A DNA stretch of 64,000 nt from Nitrospiraceae bacterium (GCA_050246315.1 JBFWWG010000006.1:64001-128000); one strand, 5' to 3'. Counted from the first letter of the stretch, positions 51,322-62,372 are shown. The notes: generated from the letters alone by a model not told the origin. Translations and numbers: made by a program.

Positions 51322-51669
51322 GATGCGCGTGAGCGGCTCGAATCGAGGTGAGTAGTATGGACAGATACATCACCTGATGCAAGAGCGTAGCCGAAGCATT
51401 TGGTCGCCGGAGAGCTGTGGGTCGTCCGTTCACATACGACAACCCCTGCCACGGACGGCCAGAACGAGCTATCCATATCCGCCAATCCTTCTGACGTCCT
51501 CATCGGACAAGGGCAGCCCTAGCTGAGTGAGTCGCACCGGAGATCCACGCTCTGCAGCCTCCGACCGGCTTCCAAAGCCGCATCTGCTTGACTCTCCTTC
51601 ACGATGGTGTAGAAGGAAAGGAGCGTTCCAGAGGTCGCGTCCTGCTCCCCTTCCGGCAATAGGAACGAG

Positions 51670-53187
51670 ATGGCCGCTTCGTCCTCACCAGCTAATATCC
51701 CGCAGTACGACCCGCAGACCTTGCTCAATTCACACCCGGCCATCGTCTCGGTCATCGACCCCGAGACGCATGGCGTGCTGTTTCAGAATGAGGCGGGACT
51801 CAAGAAGTTCGGAGACATCTCCAGCCACCCCTGTTACGAGAAGTTTCCAGGCCATGCCTCGCCCTGTAGCTTTTGTCGCATGCCAGAAGTCCTGACCACC
51901 GCTGGTCTTGTCTCAAGCGAAGTGGCGCTCCCCAAGAATCAATATCTTCTGATCCACTGGTCCAAGGCCCTCACGACTGACGGACAGGTCCATGTCATTG
52001 AGACCATCACCGATATTTCCGAACACAAACGGATCGAGCACAGCCTGCGCCAGGCTCAGAAGATGGAGGCGATCGGTCGGCTCGCGGGCGGGATTGCCCA
52101 TGACTTCAACAACCTGCTGATGGTCGTGATCGGCCATGCGCAGCGGTTGATCCAGCAGCTCGCCGCACATCCCAGTCGCCATGAGCTCGAGTTCATCAGC
52201 CAAGCGGGCACACGCGCCGCAGCGCTGACGAAGAAGCTGCTCACGTTCAGCCGTCATCAGGTCCTGGAACAGCGCGAACTCCACCCTAACGGCCTGCTGC
52301 GGGAGATGGAAGACATCCTTCGCCGCTTGATCGGCGAGCAGATTCAGATTGTGATCGTGCCGGACCCCAAGACCGGGCACTTCCTCGGAGATCCGGTCCA
52401 GATGGAACAGGTGATTCTAAATCTGGCGTTGAACGCGCGTGACGCGATGCCGGAGGGAGGTGTGCTGACGATCGAAACCGGCAACATGGATTTGAGCCAG
52501 GAGTTCGTCCGTCGGCACCCAGGCTCTAAGGCCGGACCGCACATCAAGTTCGTAGTCGAGGACACGGGCTGCGGCATCGACGCCGACACCCTCACCCATA
52601 TCTTTGAACCCTTCTTCAGCACCAAGGAATTCGGCAAAGGCACCGGGCTGGGCTTGGCAACGGTCTACGGCATCGTGAAACAGAGCGGCGGCTACATCGA
52701 CGTCGTGAGCCAGCCCGGCCGGGGCGCCCGTTTCACCGTGTTACTCCCGCGTATCGTAAAAGCCGAACAGGAAGAGGAGCCGACACGGGACGGGGCGGCC
52801 AAGCCCATCCACCGTGGAACGGTCCTCCTCGTCGAGGACGATGAAGGCATTCGCCACCTGATGGGGGCGGTCTTGCGCGATGACGGATATGAGGTGCTCG
52901 AAGCAGGCGACGGCAATGACGCCCTCAAGCTGCTGCAACTTCGCAGGGGTGACTGCGATCTCCTCATCACCGATGTCGTGATGCCCCGCATGAAGGGCGC
53001 CGTCCTGGTCGAGGGAGTCCGCGCGATGATTCCGTCCATCAAGGTGATGTATATCTCAGGCTATGCGGGCGATACCCTGTCGGCGAATGGGGTCAGTGAT
53101 CAAGCCGCATTCCTGCAGAAGCCGTTTCTCCCCTCCGCTCTCACGGCAAAGGTCGGCGAACTGCTCGCTTCCTCCCCAAGGCGATAG
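51670..53187 (+). CDS. Hybrid sensor histidine kinase (PAS-HisKA-HATPase-REC)
   Basis: GIAHDFNNLL, NARDAM, GKGTGLGL, LVEDD...TDVVMP...SGY...QKPF. Confidence 0.93.
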   Translation: MAASSSPANIPQYDPQTLLNSHPAIVSVIDPETHGVLFQNEAGLKKFGDISSHPCYEKFPGHASPCSFCRMPEVLTTAGLVSSEVALPKNQYLLIHWSKALTTDGQVHVIETITDISEHKRIEHSLRQAQKMEAIGRLAGGIAHDFNNLLMVVIGHAQRLIQQLAAHPSRHELEFISQAGTRAAALTKKLLTFSRHQVLEQRELHPNGLLREMEDILRRLIGEQIQIVIVPDPKTGHFLGDPVQMEQVILNLALNARDAMPEGGVLTIETGNMDLSQEFVRRHPGSKAGPHIKFVVEDTGCGIDADTLTHIFEPFFSTKEFGKGTGLGLATVYGIVKQSGGYIDVVSQPGRGARFTVLLPRIVKAEQEEEPTRDGAAKPIHRGTVLLVEDDEGIRHLMGAVLRDDGYEVLEAGDGNDALKLLQLRRGDCDLLITDVVMPRMKGAVLVEGVRAMIPSIKVMYISGYAGDTLSANGVSDQAAFLQKPFLPSALTAKVGELLASSPRR

Positions 53188-53294
53188 ACCGGTAATCCGA
53201 CCTCGCCGACCTCGAAACCCTCGCTGGCCCACGTTCCACTCTCAGGCCAGAGCTATCCCCCTTAAAGTCAGATCATGGGAATAATTTGGTTAGA

Positions 53295-53576
53295 TCAGGC
53301 CGTCTCGACGGAACCGGCGGCGGACCGGAGGTCCAGAACGGATCGCCGGAAATGTTCGTAACAATCCGATATGACTACCTGGTCGTCGCAGAGACGCAGG
53401 ATGCCGTTGGTACGGCCGGCCAGCAATGCCCACTTCGCCGCATAGGCCGCGATTTGATCCGGAGTCAGCCCGTGTCGGCCGAACAATGTGACGGCCGATT
53501 CGGAAAGCTTGACCGTCATGGTGGAGCAGGACGCCTCGTAGCCGATCACGAATGCATGGCGGAAGCCGAGCAACAC
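53295..53576 (-). CDS. Possible small hypothetical protein
   Basis: Protein-like composition in an otherwise empty interval; start uncertain. Confidence 0.4.
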   Translation of the reverse strand: MLLGFRHAFVIGYEASCSTMTVKLSESAVTLFGRHGLTPDQIAAYAAKWALLAGRTNGILRLCDDQVVISDCYEHFRRSVLDLRSAAGSVETA

Positions 53577-54337
53577 CAGGACGCCGTTCGTCGCGACGAC
53601 CCCATGTGATCAGCATTGGAAGCAAGCAACCGGTTGAAACGCTGATCGTTCATCGCGGACAGCCGAATCCCATCGCATGGGGCGGAGGCAGGTGCGTCTC
53701 GGACAGATCGGCGGTCGGTCGGCTGTACAATCCGCTCGACTCAGGGCCCCATCCTGTGGACGATCTGGAGCAACCTGGTTACCTGATTTGATCATTGATC
53801 GGCACTCGAACATCGAGTCGTTCGTCGTACTTCTTCAGTCCTTCCGGGATAGCTCGGCGACACCCCAACGAAGACTCACCCCACATGATTCATGAGCTCC
53901 TGACGTTTCACCGGTTGCATTTGAAGAGCACCGAGTCACCTGGCGATGGACGGAGAAATGATCGTGAATCACGCCAGTTAGAACTCCGTCTCCCTTTCCT
54001 GCACCGGTCGTTCCTCCTCTGTCATGTCCGTGGTCCACCCGCAAACGCTTCCGCAATCGGCGTACCAAGCCAGATTGCAGAACATTCTGTGATGGGGCGC
54101 TGATTCCCGGCTCGTGATCGTATCGAGATGGATACAGACCTGTATCCTTTTGGTTGGACGCCGTCCGGTCGAGCCCCATGGAAGATCCGATCAACCGGAC
54201 CAAAGATGGCGGTCACAATTTGAATGAGATTCGTGATTGACATGCGAACCCAGATCCGTCAAAGAGTACACAGGACAGCCTCTGGGATATGAGTACGGAC
54301 GGCTCATCCTCAATGATCGCTCACCCGGATGTGGAGC

Positions 54338-54571
54338 ATGGCCGAGGAGCAACAGAATCCGAACTCGCCGAGGCTTGACGGACCCGTCGGAGAATCCTCC
54401 TCTCAGCAGGGAGCCCTGCTGCATCTATTGGAAGAGCTTCGGATCGAACTCGACCGCATCTTGGCGAGCCTCCCGACATCGTCCGACGCTGAGCATAGCG
54501 CTTCCGCGGACTCGACGAGATACGAGGAAGAGCGGTCCCATAGTGAGCAGGCAAACCGCCCGCATCCCTGA
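54338..54571 (+). CDS. Possible small hypothetical protein
   Basis: Amphipathic helix LLHLLEELRIELDRILASL; upstream of the cytochrome gene. Confidence 0.4.
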   Translation: MAEEQQNPNSPRLDGPVGESSSQQGALLHLLEELRIELDRILASLPTSSDAEHSASADSTRYEEERSHSEQANRPHP

Positions 54572-54587
54572 TCTACTAGGTCAACAC

Positions 54588-54956
54588 GTGCAACCAGCGA
54601 TTCCTGTCACCGATTGGCGGTCCGGCCTCTGGTGGGGTTTGGGGGTTCTGCTCGCGGCCGGGTGCTGGACGACCGTGTTAGCCGAGCAACAAGGTGGGAC
54701 TCAAGCAGACCAGGGCAACCGGATCTTTCAGCGATACTGCGCCGGCTGCCACGGCCGAGAAGGCACCGGCGAGGGGTACCGGCTGCTTGGCGCCGACCCC
54801 GCCAATCTGACCTCGCGACGGATCCAAGAGAAGTCGGACGCAGATCTCTTGGATTCCATCCACGAAGGTCTGCCGGCAATGCCGGCTTGGAAGGATCGGC
54901 TCTCGGATGAAGATCGCCAGCGGGTCTTGACCTACATCAGAAGTCTGGTGCGATGA
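54588..54956 (+). CDS. Monoheme class I cytochrome c
   Basis: Signal peptide, CAGCH, MPAW axial Met, LTYIRSL; GTG start inferred. Confidence 0.85.
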   Translation: MQPAIPVTDWRSGLWWGLGVLLAAGCWTTVLAEQQGGTQADQGNRIFQRYCAGCHGREGTGEGYRLLGADPANLTSRRIQEKSDADLLDSIHEGLPAMPAWKDRLSDEDRQRVLTYIRSLVR

Positions 54957-55014
54957 GCAGACCACCGGCGAAGGCTCACCGACGAAAGCGCGCCCACGAC
55001 GGTGCGGCACGGAA

Positions 55015-56631
55015 ATGATTCGGCTCCAGCGCTGGATCGAGTTGTGCCTGCTGGTTGCGCTTGGGCTACTCTGGCCGACCTCTCCCTCGGAAGCAGAACA
55101 GTTCCTCACCATCCTTCATACCAGCGAGCACCACGGACAGGTGCTGCCCATCGAGCGGATGGGCCAGAAACGGGAAGGCGGCATGGCCGCCCGAGCCAAA
55201 GTGATCGCCGACATTCGGGAAACCACTCCGGCGGTTCTCCTGGTGGATTCGGGTGACCTGCTGATCGGCACACCGATGTCGTCCGTCTTCAGAGGCGAGC
55301 CGGACATCAAGGCCATGAACCTGATGGCATATCACGCGATGGCGGCGGGGAACCACGAGTTCGATTTCGGACTCGATCACCTCCACGCACTGCAAGCGCT
55401 CGCGCGCTTTCCGCTCCTCTGCACGAATCTGGTCGGCAAAGGTGTGGAGTTGCCCTGTCGAGCCGCCGTGGTCGTTCCGGTCGGAGACCTTTCCATCGGT
55501 GTGATCAGCCTGCTCGGGCGCCAGAACTTTCCCGACACCTTCAACCGCGAGGTTGTCCGATTACTGGACCTTCGCGATCCCATCGAGACCGCCCGGGCCT
55601 CAGCCCGGACGCTTAAACAGGAAGGAGCCCACCTGGTCCTCGCCGTCACTCATCAAGACGACGAGGAGGATTTGGCCCTGCTGTCTCAGGTTCCGGAGAT
55701 CGACGCGGTGATCGGCGGCCATACACCGGGTTTCGATGGGCTCCGCACGGCCGCCTCGATCAACCCAGTGGCCGAAGCGACTCGTCCCGGTCCCGTCTTC
55801 GTCAAGACCCATCGCCAGGGCCGCACGATCGGACGGCTTGATCTTACCCTTGAACGAGTACCCGGTGAGCAGACGAAGGTCATCGTGGTAAAGGCTCGGG
55901 CCAGGAATCTGCCCATCGGCGACGATGTCCAACCGGACCGGTCCGTGGACCAACTGATTCAGGAGTATGTGCGCAAGATGGATGAACTCGGTGCGACCGT
56001 GGTCGGGCGCTCGTTGGTGAATCTGGATGCCGAGACCGCGACGGTGCGGGCCAAGGAGAGTAATCTGGGAAACTTACTGGCCGATCTGGCGAGAGCCGAG
56101 TTTGGAACTGACCTAGCCCTGGTGAACAGCGGACAAATCCGGGACAGTATCCCGGCCGGTCCGGTCGACCTGACGCGGGTGCTACGGGTGTTGCCTTTCA
56201 GCTCCACGCTCGTGACGCTCTCGATCTCGGGGCAGGAGCTGCGGTCGGCGCTGGAGAACAGCGTCAGCCGGTTGCCCGCCACCAATGGCCGCTTTCTCCA
56301 AGTGTCCGGCCTCACCGTGACCTATGATCTACAGGCACCGGTCGGCACCCGCGTGAAGACTGTGAAGGTTGGCGACAAACCGTTGGACGAAATCCGACAA
56401 TACAGGGTCACGACCGATTCATTCATGGCCGACGGCGGCGACGGTTACACGATGTTGCAACAGGCCCACGACCGAATAGAACGGCAGGTCCCTTTGCGCG
56501 ACCTCTTGCTGCAAGCCCTCAAGGAACGGCCTCTGAAGGCCTCGCTCGACGGCCGGATTCGCTATGCAGGTGCGACAGATGCCGGCGTGCGGTCAGATAA
56601 CCATCCTCCGCCGACCCCACCTTCTCCCTGA
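55015..56631 (+). CDS. Periplasmic 5'-nucleotidase / metallophosphoesterase family protein
   Basis: DSGD, GNHEFDFG, GGHT, ESNLGNLLAD, NSGQIR, FLQVSG, GGDGY. Confidence 0.88.
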   Translation: MIRLQRWIELCLLVALGLLWPTSPSEAEQFLTILHTSEHHGQVLPIERMGQKREGGMAARAKVIADIRETTPAVLLVDSGDLLIGTPMSSVFRGEPDIKAMNLMAYHAMAAGNHEFDFGLDHLHALQALARFPLLCTNLVGKGVELPCRAAVVVPVGDLSIGVISLLGRQNFPDTFNREVVRLLDLRDPIETARASARTLKQEGAHLVLAVTHQDDEEDLALLSQVPEIDAVIGGHTPGFDGLRTAASINPVAEATRPGPVFVKTHRQGRTIGRLDLTLERVPGEQTKVIVVKARARNLPIGDDVQPDRSVDQLIQEYVRKMDELGATVVGRSLVNLDAETATVRAKESNLGNLLADLARAEFGTDLALVNSGQIRDSIPAGPVDLTRVLRVLPFSSTLVTLSISGQELRSALENSVSRLPATNGRFLQVSGLTVTYDLQAPVGTRVKTVKVGDKPLDEIRQYRVTTDSFMADGGDGYTMLQQAHDRIERQVPLRDLLLQALKERPLKASLDGRIRYAGATDAGVRSDNHPPPTPPSP

Positions 56632-57125
56632 ATGACACCGAACTCCGTCACCGCTTTTCCCTCTCACCTGCTCACCGTTCATGGCAGCGATCACCAGGCT
56701 GCTCCATCCACCTGGGCGGATAGGGATGCGTCCTACAGCCGCGGCCCTTCCCCTTGTATCACGCAAATGGTTGTTTCGCTCACGTGCCCGTCGATCCGCC
56801 GGACCGCCCTGCCGGCACAGCATAAGCCATGAATCCCGTGATGTCAGGGCAGGCGCATGGGGCAACCAACTATCAAAAAGGTTCCCCCGCCACCGCATGG
56901 CGGTAAGCAGTGCGAGTGCCTTGAATCATTGCTGGACCGCTCGGGAAGGCGACACCAACCCTCCGCAATGCTGAGGTCGGCCCTCCGAACATTCAATTCG
57001 ACGGGTGGCGGGAAAGGCCCTATATTTCAACGGATGGATCTCGCCCTGCGGGCGGGACGTCATCCGACTAGCCGCTCGGGAATTCTCCTGGCCGTTCGGT
57101 AGCCATGATCAGAGGAGGATATTCC

Positions 57126-57329
57126 ATGATTCCGAAGAACCACACTGGCCATGTCTCTTCATTCCTTCTGGACCTGATCATGTCGGGCTTGATGTCGTCC
57201 ATTATTTCCGTTGTGAACATGGGGCTGATCAACGGCATTATCGTCATCTGGCTCAAGGCCTGGGCGCAGGCGCTTATCATCGCCTTTCCGACATTAACTG
57301 TAATCACGCCTGCGGTTCGCATGTCGTAG
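57126..57329 (+). CDS. DUF2798-like small membrane protein (possibly shortened)
   Basis: MSGLMSSII...WLKAW..A..IAFPT...PAVR. Confidence 0.65.
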   Translation: MIPKNHTGHVSSFLLDLIMSGLMSSIISVVNMGLINGIIVIWLKAWAQALIIAFPTLTVITPAVRMS

Positions 57330-57455
57330 GCCATGTCAAAAAAAGGGAATGACGAACAGGCAACGCAGCAGGCGCTGCCACTCCATGGCGCGTCGATCGT
57401 TGCGGCCGAGCCCGCTCCACAGCCGCACCTGGAGCACTGATAGGGAGGCATTGTG

Positions 57456-57965
57456 ATGAGTCTTGAACAGGGTTACATTGGCGGCGCGGTGTTCGTGGGA
57501 ATGGGGGCCGCCTTGATCATGGATCTCTGGAACCTCTTGTTGAAACGTGTCTTTAACATTGCTTCGCTGAACTATTGTTTCGTCGGGCGTTGGTTGAGCC
57601 ATATGCTTCTCGGCACCTTCACGCATGCTCGAATTGCAGCAGCCCCGAAGCGACCGGCAGAATGTGTGATCGGCTGGGCCGCACACTTTCTTATCGGCGT
57701 GGCCTTTGCGTTAGTACTGATCATTTCAACATCGGGTGGCTGGTTGGAACATCCGTCCCTCTTCCCAGCCTTGATTGTCGGTGTCGGGACCGTGCTCATC
57801 CCATTCTTCATTGTGCAACCGGCCTTGGGGTTTGGCATCGCTTCAGCCAACACGCCACATCCAACCCAAGCCAGACTGAAAAGCTTGATGACCCATACAG
57901 CGTTCGGTTTCGGGCTTTACCTCTCTGCGATTCTCCGGATTTACTTGATGCACGCCTATGCCTAG
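57456..57965 (+). CDS. DUF2938 membrane protein
   Basis: MDLWN, NYCFVGRW, GWAAHFLIG, PFFIVQPALG, H..FGFGLY. Confidence 0.82.
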   Translation: MSLEQGYIGGAVFVGMGAALIMDLWNLLLKRVFNIASLNYCFVGRWLSHMLLGTFTHARIAAAPKRPAECVIGWAAHFLIGVAFALVLIISTSGGWLEHPSLFPALIVGVGTVLIPFFIVQPALGFGIASANTPHPTQARLKSLMTHTAFGFGLYLSAILRIYLMHAYA

Positions 57966-58004
57966 CGATCAGCAGCAGCCGGACAGCACATTGAGACAAT
58001 ACCG

Positions 58005-58883
58005 ATGGAGATCTATCAGTTGAGAACGTTTGTCGCTGTCGCCCGAGAGGGCAGCATCACGCGTGCCTCGGAGATCCTTTCTCTCAGCCAGCCGGCTGTG
58101 AGCGCGCATATCAAGACCATGAAAGATAATCTCACGCTGGTGTTGTTCGAACACACGTCTCGGGGCATGAGCCTGACCGTCCAGGGGAAGAAGGTATTGG
58201 CCAAGGCGGAGCAGGTATTGGCCGTGCACCGAGATCTCCTTGAGGAGGCAGGGTGGATCAAGAGTCGAGTGAGTGGGGCATTCCGTTTGGGGTCGAACCG
58301 CAGTACCAATGCGCAGGTAATGGGTAAGTTGTTGACCAGGCTTTCCGAAACATGTCCGGACATCGAGATGGCGCTGTAATTCGGCAGCTCCGTAGAGATC
58401 CAGCGCGCCATCCGCAGTGGCACACTGGATGCTGGTTTCTACACCGACGACGGCCATGCCGATGTGGAACTGGAGACCATAGAGGTGGATCGGTTTGGCA
58501 TCCTCCTGGCCGCCCCGCGTGGGTGGATCGAGAATCCGATGTGCCCCGGCTGGCAGAACCTGGCGCGCCTGCCATGGATCTGCGCGGCGTCGAGCACATG
58601 CTGCGGGCGCGCGGCGGAAGGTGTGTTCGAGCGGAACGGCTTCCGTCCGGAAAAGCTCGTCAGCGTCGATCAGGAAAGTGTGACGTGAACGATGATTTCC
58701 GAGGAAGTCGGCGTCGGCCTATTGCATGCGGATACGGCTTGGGAGGCGGAGAGGAAGGGCGAGATGGAGTTGCTCGGCGGCGCACAACAAGAGGTACGCT
58801 TGCTCTTCTCCTACCAATGCCGGCGCGCGCACGACCCACTGATCGAGGCCGTGTCGGCCGCAGTGCGAGGGATTCTTGTATAG
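58005..58883 (+). pseudogene. LysR family regulator with two in-frame stops
   Basis: LRTFVAVAREGSITRAS..LSQPAVS HTH; the same frame continues through TAA 58377-58379 and TGA 58686-58688 to a LysR-length end. Confidence 0.88.
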
Positions 58884-59217
58884 TGACCCGAGCACGAGCT
58901 AGCCTCGAATCGCTACGAGATTGGACGACGGCGCGCAGACGGCCCTTCTCGAACCGACTACTCACCCGTCGCTCTCGGACACGGTCGAACCAGAAACACC
59001 CGCACGGAAGCGGATTGTTGAGAAAGCCACCCATCTGTCCCGGTCCAGCGGCGATCTCATCCACTGTCGATTCAATCGTGGCGATCGAGATCTCCGTCTT
59101 GCATCCCACGAAGTCTGTTGCCGCAGGTCGATCGGATGAGTTGGCGATCGTGAGCACGGCTTCAGAACTGAAACTGTGCAGTCCTTCTGGTCGCATCCCA
59201 TTGGATAATGCCGCTCG

Positions 59218-60240
59218 TCACGCCGCCTTGGCGGGACACCAGCGCAGGCCGAGCTGCAACAGCTCCTGCAGCAGATCCTCGTAGGTCCAGCCGGCCTTCA
59301 AAGCGGATTCCGCAAAATCCTCATCGCGGGAGATCTGTGGGTTGGGATTGGCTTCGAGCACGTAGACCCTGCCCGATGGATCCATCCTCAGATCGATCCG
59401 GGCATAGCCGCTGAGCCCCAAGACCCGATAGACACGGCGCGCGAGGTGGCGAATCTTCTCTTCCATCCCCTCGGGAAGATTCCGAGCTTCGCCGGATCGG
59501 ATCCCGTACTTGTTCTGGTATGTCCTGCTCCACTTCACCCGCTCGGTAGCGATCCGCCAGGCCTCCTCCGGCATCCGATCCATCACCAACTCCCACACGG
59601 GCAACACGCGGAGATGGCCGTTGCCCATGACCCCGACGTACAGTTCACGTCCTTCGATGTACCGCTCCACCAGGGCACCGGTACGGATGCTCTCGTGGAT
59701 GAAGGCCACACGCTCCTGCAACTTCTCCTCGTCACTCACGATGGAGGCTTGCGAGATCCCCAACGAAGCTTCTTCGGTCACCGACTTCACGATCAACGGA
59801 AAGTCCAGATGCTCGGGGCGTCTGATCGATCGACCCATGGAAAACAGGGCGAAGTCCGGAAAGAGAATGCGATGGAACGACAGCAGTTTCTTGGACAGGC
59901 TCTTGTCCCGCGCCAGCATCAGGCCGCGCGGGTTGCAGCCCGTATACGGCACGCGCAGCAATTCCAGATAGGAGACGACATTCTGATCATACACGGCGAT
60001 GCCGTCGAACTCTTCGAGCAAATTGAACGCGATGTGCGGATGCCACTCCTCCACCGCTGTCCGGATCACACCGAGGTCGCTCTTGACCCCAAGCGGACGG
60101 ACCTCATGGCCCATCCTGCGCAGCGTGGACACGACGTCGTATTCGGTCTTCCACTCGGCCGCAGTCGCATCCTGTCCGTCCAATTCATCCGGCGGAACCA
60201 GATCTTCATGCATCAGCACAAGCACGCGCAGCCTTTTCAT
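59218..60240 (-). CDS. D-Ala-D-Ala ligase-like ATP-grasp enzyme
   Basis: FNLLEEF, PYTGC, VKSVTEEASLGI, VERYIEGREL, YARIDLR, LEANPNP; lacks the Ddl LHG..GEDG motif. Confidence 0.85.
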   Translation of the reverse strand: MKRLRVLVLMHEDLVPPDELDGQDATAAEWKTEYDVVSTLRRMGHEVRPLGVKSDLGVIRTAVEEWHPHIAFNLLEEFDGIAVYDQNVVSYLELLRVPYTGCNPRGLMLARDKSLSKKLLSFHRILFPDFALFSMGRSIRRPEHLDFPLIVKSVTEEASLGISQASIVSDEEKLQERVAFIHESIRTGALVERYIEGRELYVGVMGNGHLRVLPVWELVMDRMPEEAWRIATERVKWSRTYQNKYGIRSGEARNLPEGMEEKIRHLARRVYRVLGLSGYARIDLRMDPSGRVYVLEANPNPQISRDEDFAESALKAGWTYEDLLQELLQLGLRWCPAKAA

Positions 60241-60601
60241 GCCGCCACCGGACGCCACCCGCAGTGCAGGTCATTCATCGACTGCCGCCTCAACAGCACC
60301 GTGAATCCCAGCTTAAGCTGGTCCAGGGTCATCGCCTCCCGAAGATTCAGCGCCCGGCAACGTTCACTCATGTCCTCGAGGACTTGGTCGATCGTGTACA
60401 GATCCATTCGTCCGAGGGTCAGAAATGAGGACGGAAATGGATTTGCTTCGCGGCCAGGCCGTCATCGAGACGCTGGATCTGTGTACGCCGCAAGCCTCCG
60501 TTGATGGCGTGCCCCCGATCGCATAGCCGCAGATACAAGAGATGTTGTTCAGGCCAATTGGTCCAGGATGACTGCCACCTGGCGGACAGTCGCGAGATCA
60601 T
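60237..60601 (-). pseudogene. Internally deleted putative zinc-binding metallopeptidase
   Basis: N-terminal piece (LLYLRLCD...IHFRPHF) joined out of frame to a C-terminal piece (YTIDQVLEDMSERCRALNLR...FTVLL); family assignment from recall. Confidence 0.6.
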
Positions 60602-60831
60602 GCTCTACGGGGTCTCCGAGATGCTATGCGCTCGCAGGCATGCGCGGCGGCGCCCGATGCAATGGACAAGGCCACTCGCCCTATCGAGGATCATAGCATC
60701 GGCCTGACGGCCGGAGGACCAAATGGTGAATTTTGATCGACGCCTTTGTGCCAGATGGCCATGGAGAAGGCCGCCGCCGACTCCATCAAGAACAAGAAGC
60801 TGAAGGCTCGAACGGAGGGATGATCGAGCGG

Positions 60832-61230
60832 CTACAGCACGTCGGCTTCGGACGAATCATTCTGGAGCTGCGGCTCGGAGAACCGGAAACGGAACGAGAA
60901 CTGATGCGGCAAGGCTTCGAACCGGGCGTCCGCTTCAAACCCATCGGCAGAGCGGCTCTTCCCGTCGGGGTACCATTTGAATCGAAATCGGCCAGAGCCG
61001 CCGTCGTTCGATGAATCCGCGCGATACTGCCCATCCAGATCGAAGTGTTCTTGCAGGTAGGTGTCTACCCTCGACAGAAGACCTTTGACAGCCGCCATCC
61101 CTGACTCAAGAGCGAATTGTTGCACCAAATCGGCCGCCATGTGGGGATCCTGAAGACGAGAGACATCCTCGGCCCTGGCGTGAGCCGTGAGAACCAAGAG
61201 CAGCAAACCCATCCAGAGCAGCCGTACCAT
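60832..61230 (-). CDS. Hypothetical exported protein
   Basis: Signal peptide MVRLLWMGLLLLVLTAHARA followed by a beta-rich domain. Confidence 0.6.
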   Translation of the reverse strand: MVRLLWMGLLLLVLTAHARAEDVSRLQDPHMAADLVQQFALESGMAAVKGLLSRVDTYLQEHFDLDGQYRADSSNDGGSGRFRFKWYPDGKSRSADGFEADARFEALPHQFSFRFRFSEPQLQNDSSEADVL

Positions 61231-61479
61231 CGAGGTCACTCTAACGCTCTTCAGGACCTCGGTCAAGCAACCAGGACGCGCCCAACAGCCGATCAGGCAG
61301 GCCACCGATTCCCGCTGGTCGACATTCATCGGTCGTTGGGGATGAATTCCATTAATCGGGCTCCTAGGCAAAGACCTACTAGCGTTCCTCTCGCAATTCA
61401 AGCCTGAACGCAGGCGCACAAGACCAGGCCCTTGGATGATGACGGGGCGTCTTTGCAACCGACCGCTACCATTGGCTTG

Positions 61480-62372
61480 CGGAGCCGGCTCTATGCATTC
61501 GATACAATTCACGATGATCCCCGGCTGATCGTCGATGTCCTGCGCGATCCCGCTGGCCACTTGGCGGAGCATCGCCTAGCGTTTGGCGAACCGAAGCTTC
61601 CTCAGGTCGCTGGTCACATCAGCGGCTTCCTCTTATACGTGACGAGTCAGGTCCGCATTCAACCCTTCCAGCTCCGTGCAAGAGTTCTTTAGACGATCGG
61701 TCATTCGATTCACTGCCGCCGCCAACTCCTGAAATTCGTCGCCGGTGGCAATACCGAGCGGTCGGTCATAGGAGCCCTGGCTAATGGCTTCCACGCCAGG
61801 CTGCAAGGTCTGGATAGGCCTGGCGATTCGGGCTGCGACGTAGCGCCCCATCAACCACAGCAAGCCCAGCATCACCAACCCAATCACTGCCTGGTTGCTG
61901 ACCTGCTCGCGAATCGGCGGATCGCTCTCGCTCGGCTGTTACTGGACAAGCGCGTGCCAGGTGTTATCGGGCACTTTCAATCCGCCGACCAGCGCAAAAC
62001 CCATCACCGTTTCCTGCACGCCAGGCCCGTCGTCCTCCGCCCCGGCTCAGCCAGGATCCGGCGACACGATCATGGCCATGAGTTGGCTGGGAATCCGATG
62101 CGCCTGGCGAGGCAGGATACGGGATCGCGAGCGAGAAGCCGGTACACGATGAGAACCAGAGACAACGACAGCAGGATGCAGATCAGCAGCCCGTCGATCA
62201 GGATCAAGGCGATTCGCTGCCTCCCCGCGATGGAAGCCAAGCGGCCAATCGAAGCACGGTGTGACGTGGCCGCTGAGGCCGTACAGAAAATGGCACCCAT
62301 GTCGAGCACAGTGGACGACATCGCAGCGGTCCGGACCGCTGCGGATTTCGACAGCGGCAGGAGGAGGATCAA
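61480..62372 (-). pseudogene. Degraded membrane sensor histidine kinase (TM, HAMP and HisKA remnants)
   Basis: HAMP fragment IARPIQTLQ...TGDEFQELAAAVNRM; HisKA-like LRQVASGIAQDIDDQPGII with the His lost; fragments in different frames with stops. Confidence 0.7.

Noticed and set aside
53600..54330. Several short ORFs in the gap between the kinase and the cytochrome
   Set aside because: No recognisable motifs, starts or consistent frame; may be decayed sequence
54588..56631. SoxX/SoxB interpretation of the cytochrome c and nucleotidase near the SoxC-like gene
   Set aside because: Motif is GNHEFD (5'-nucleotidase type), not the SoxB HWEF type; no soxA, soxY or soxZ in the window
58377..58688. 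Stop-codon recoding (selenocysteine or alternative code) in the LysR gene
   Set aside because: One stop is TAA, and other genes in the window terminate normally at TGA, TAA and TAG
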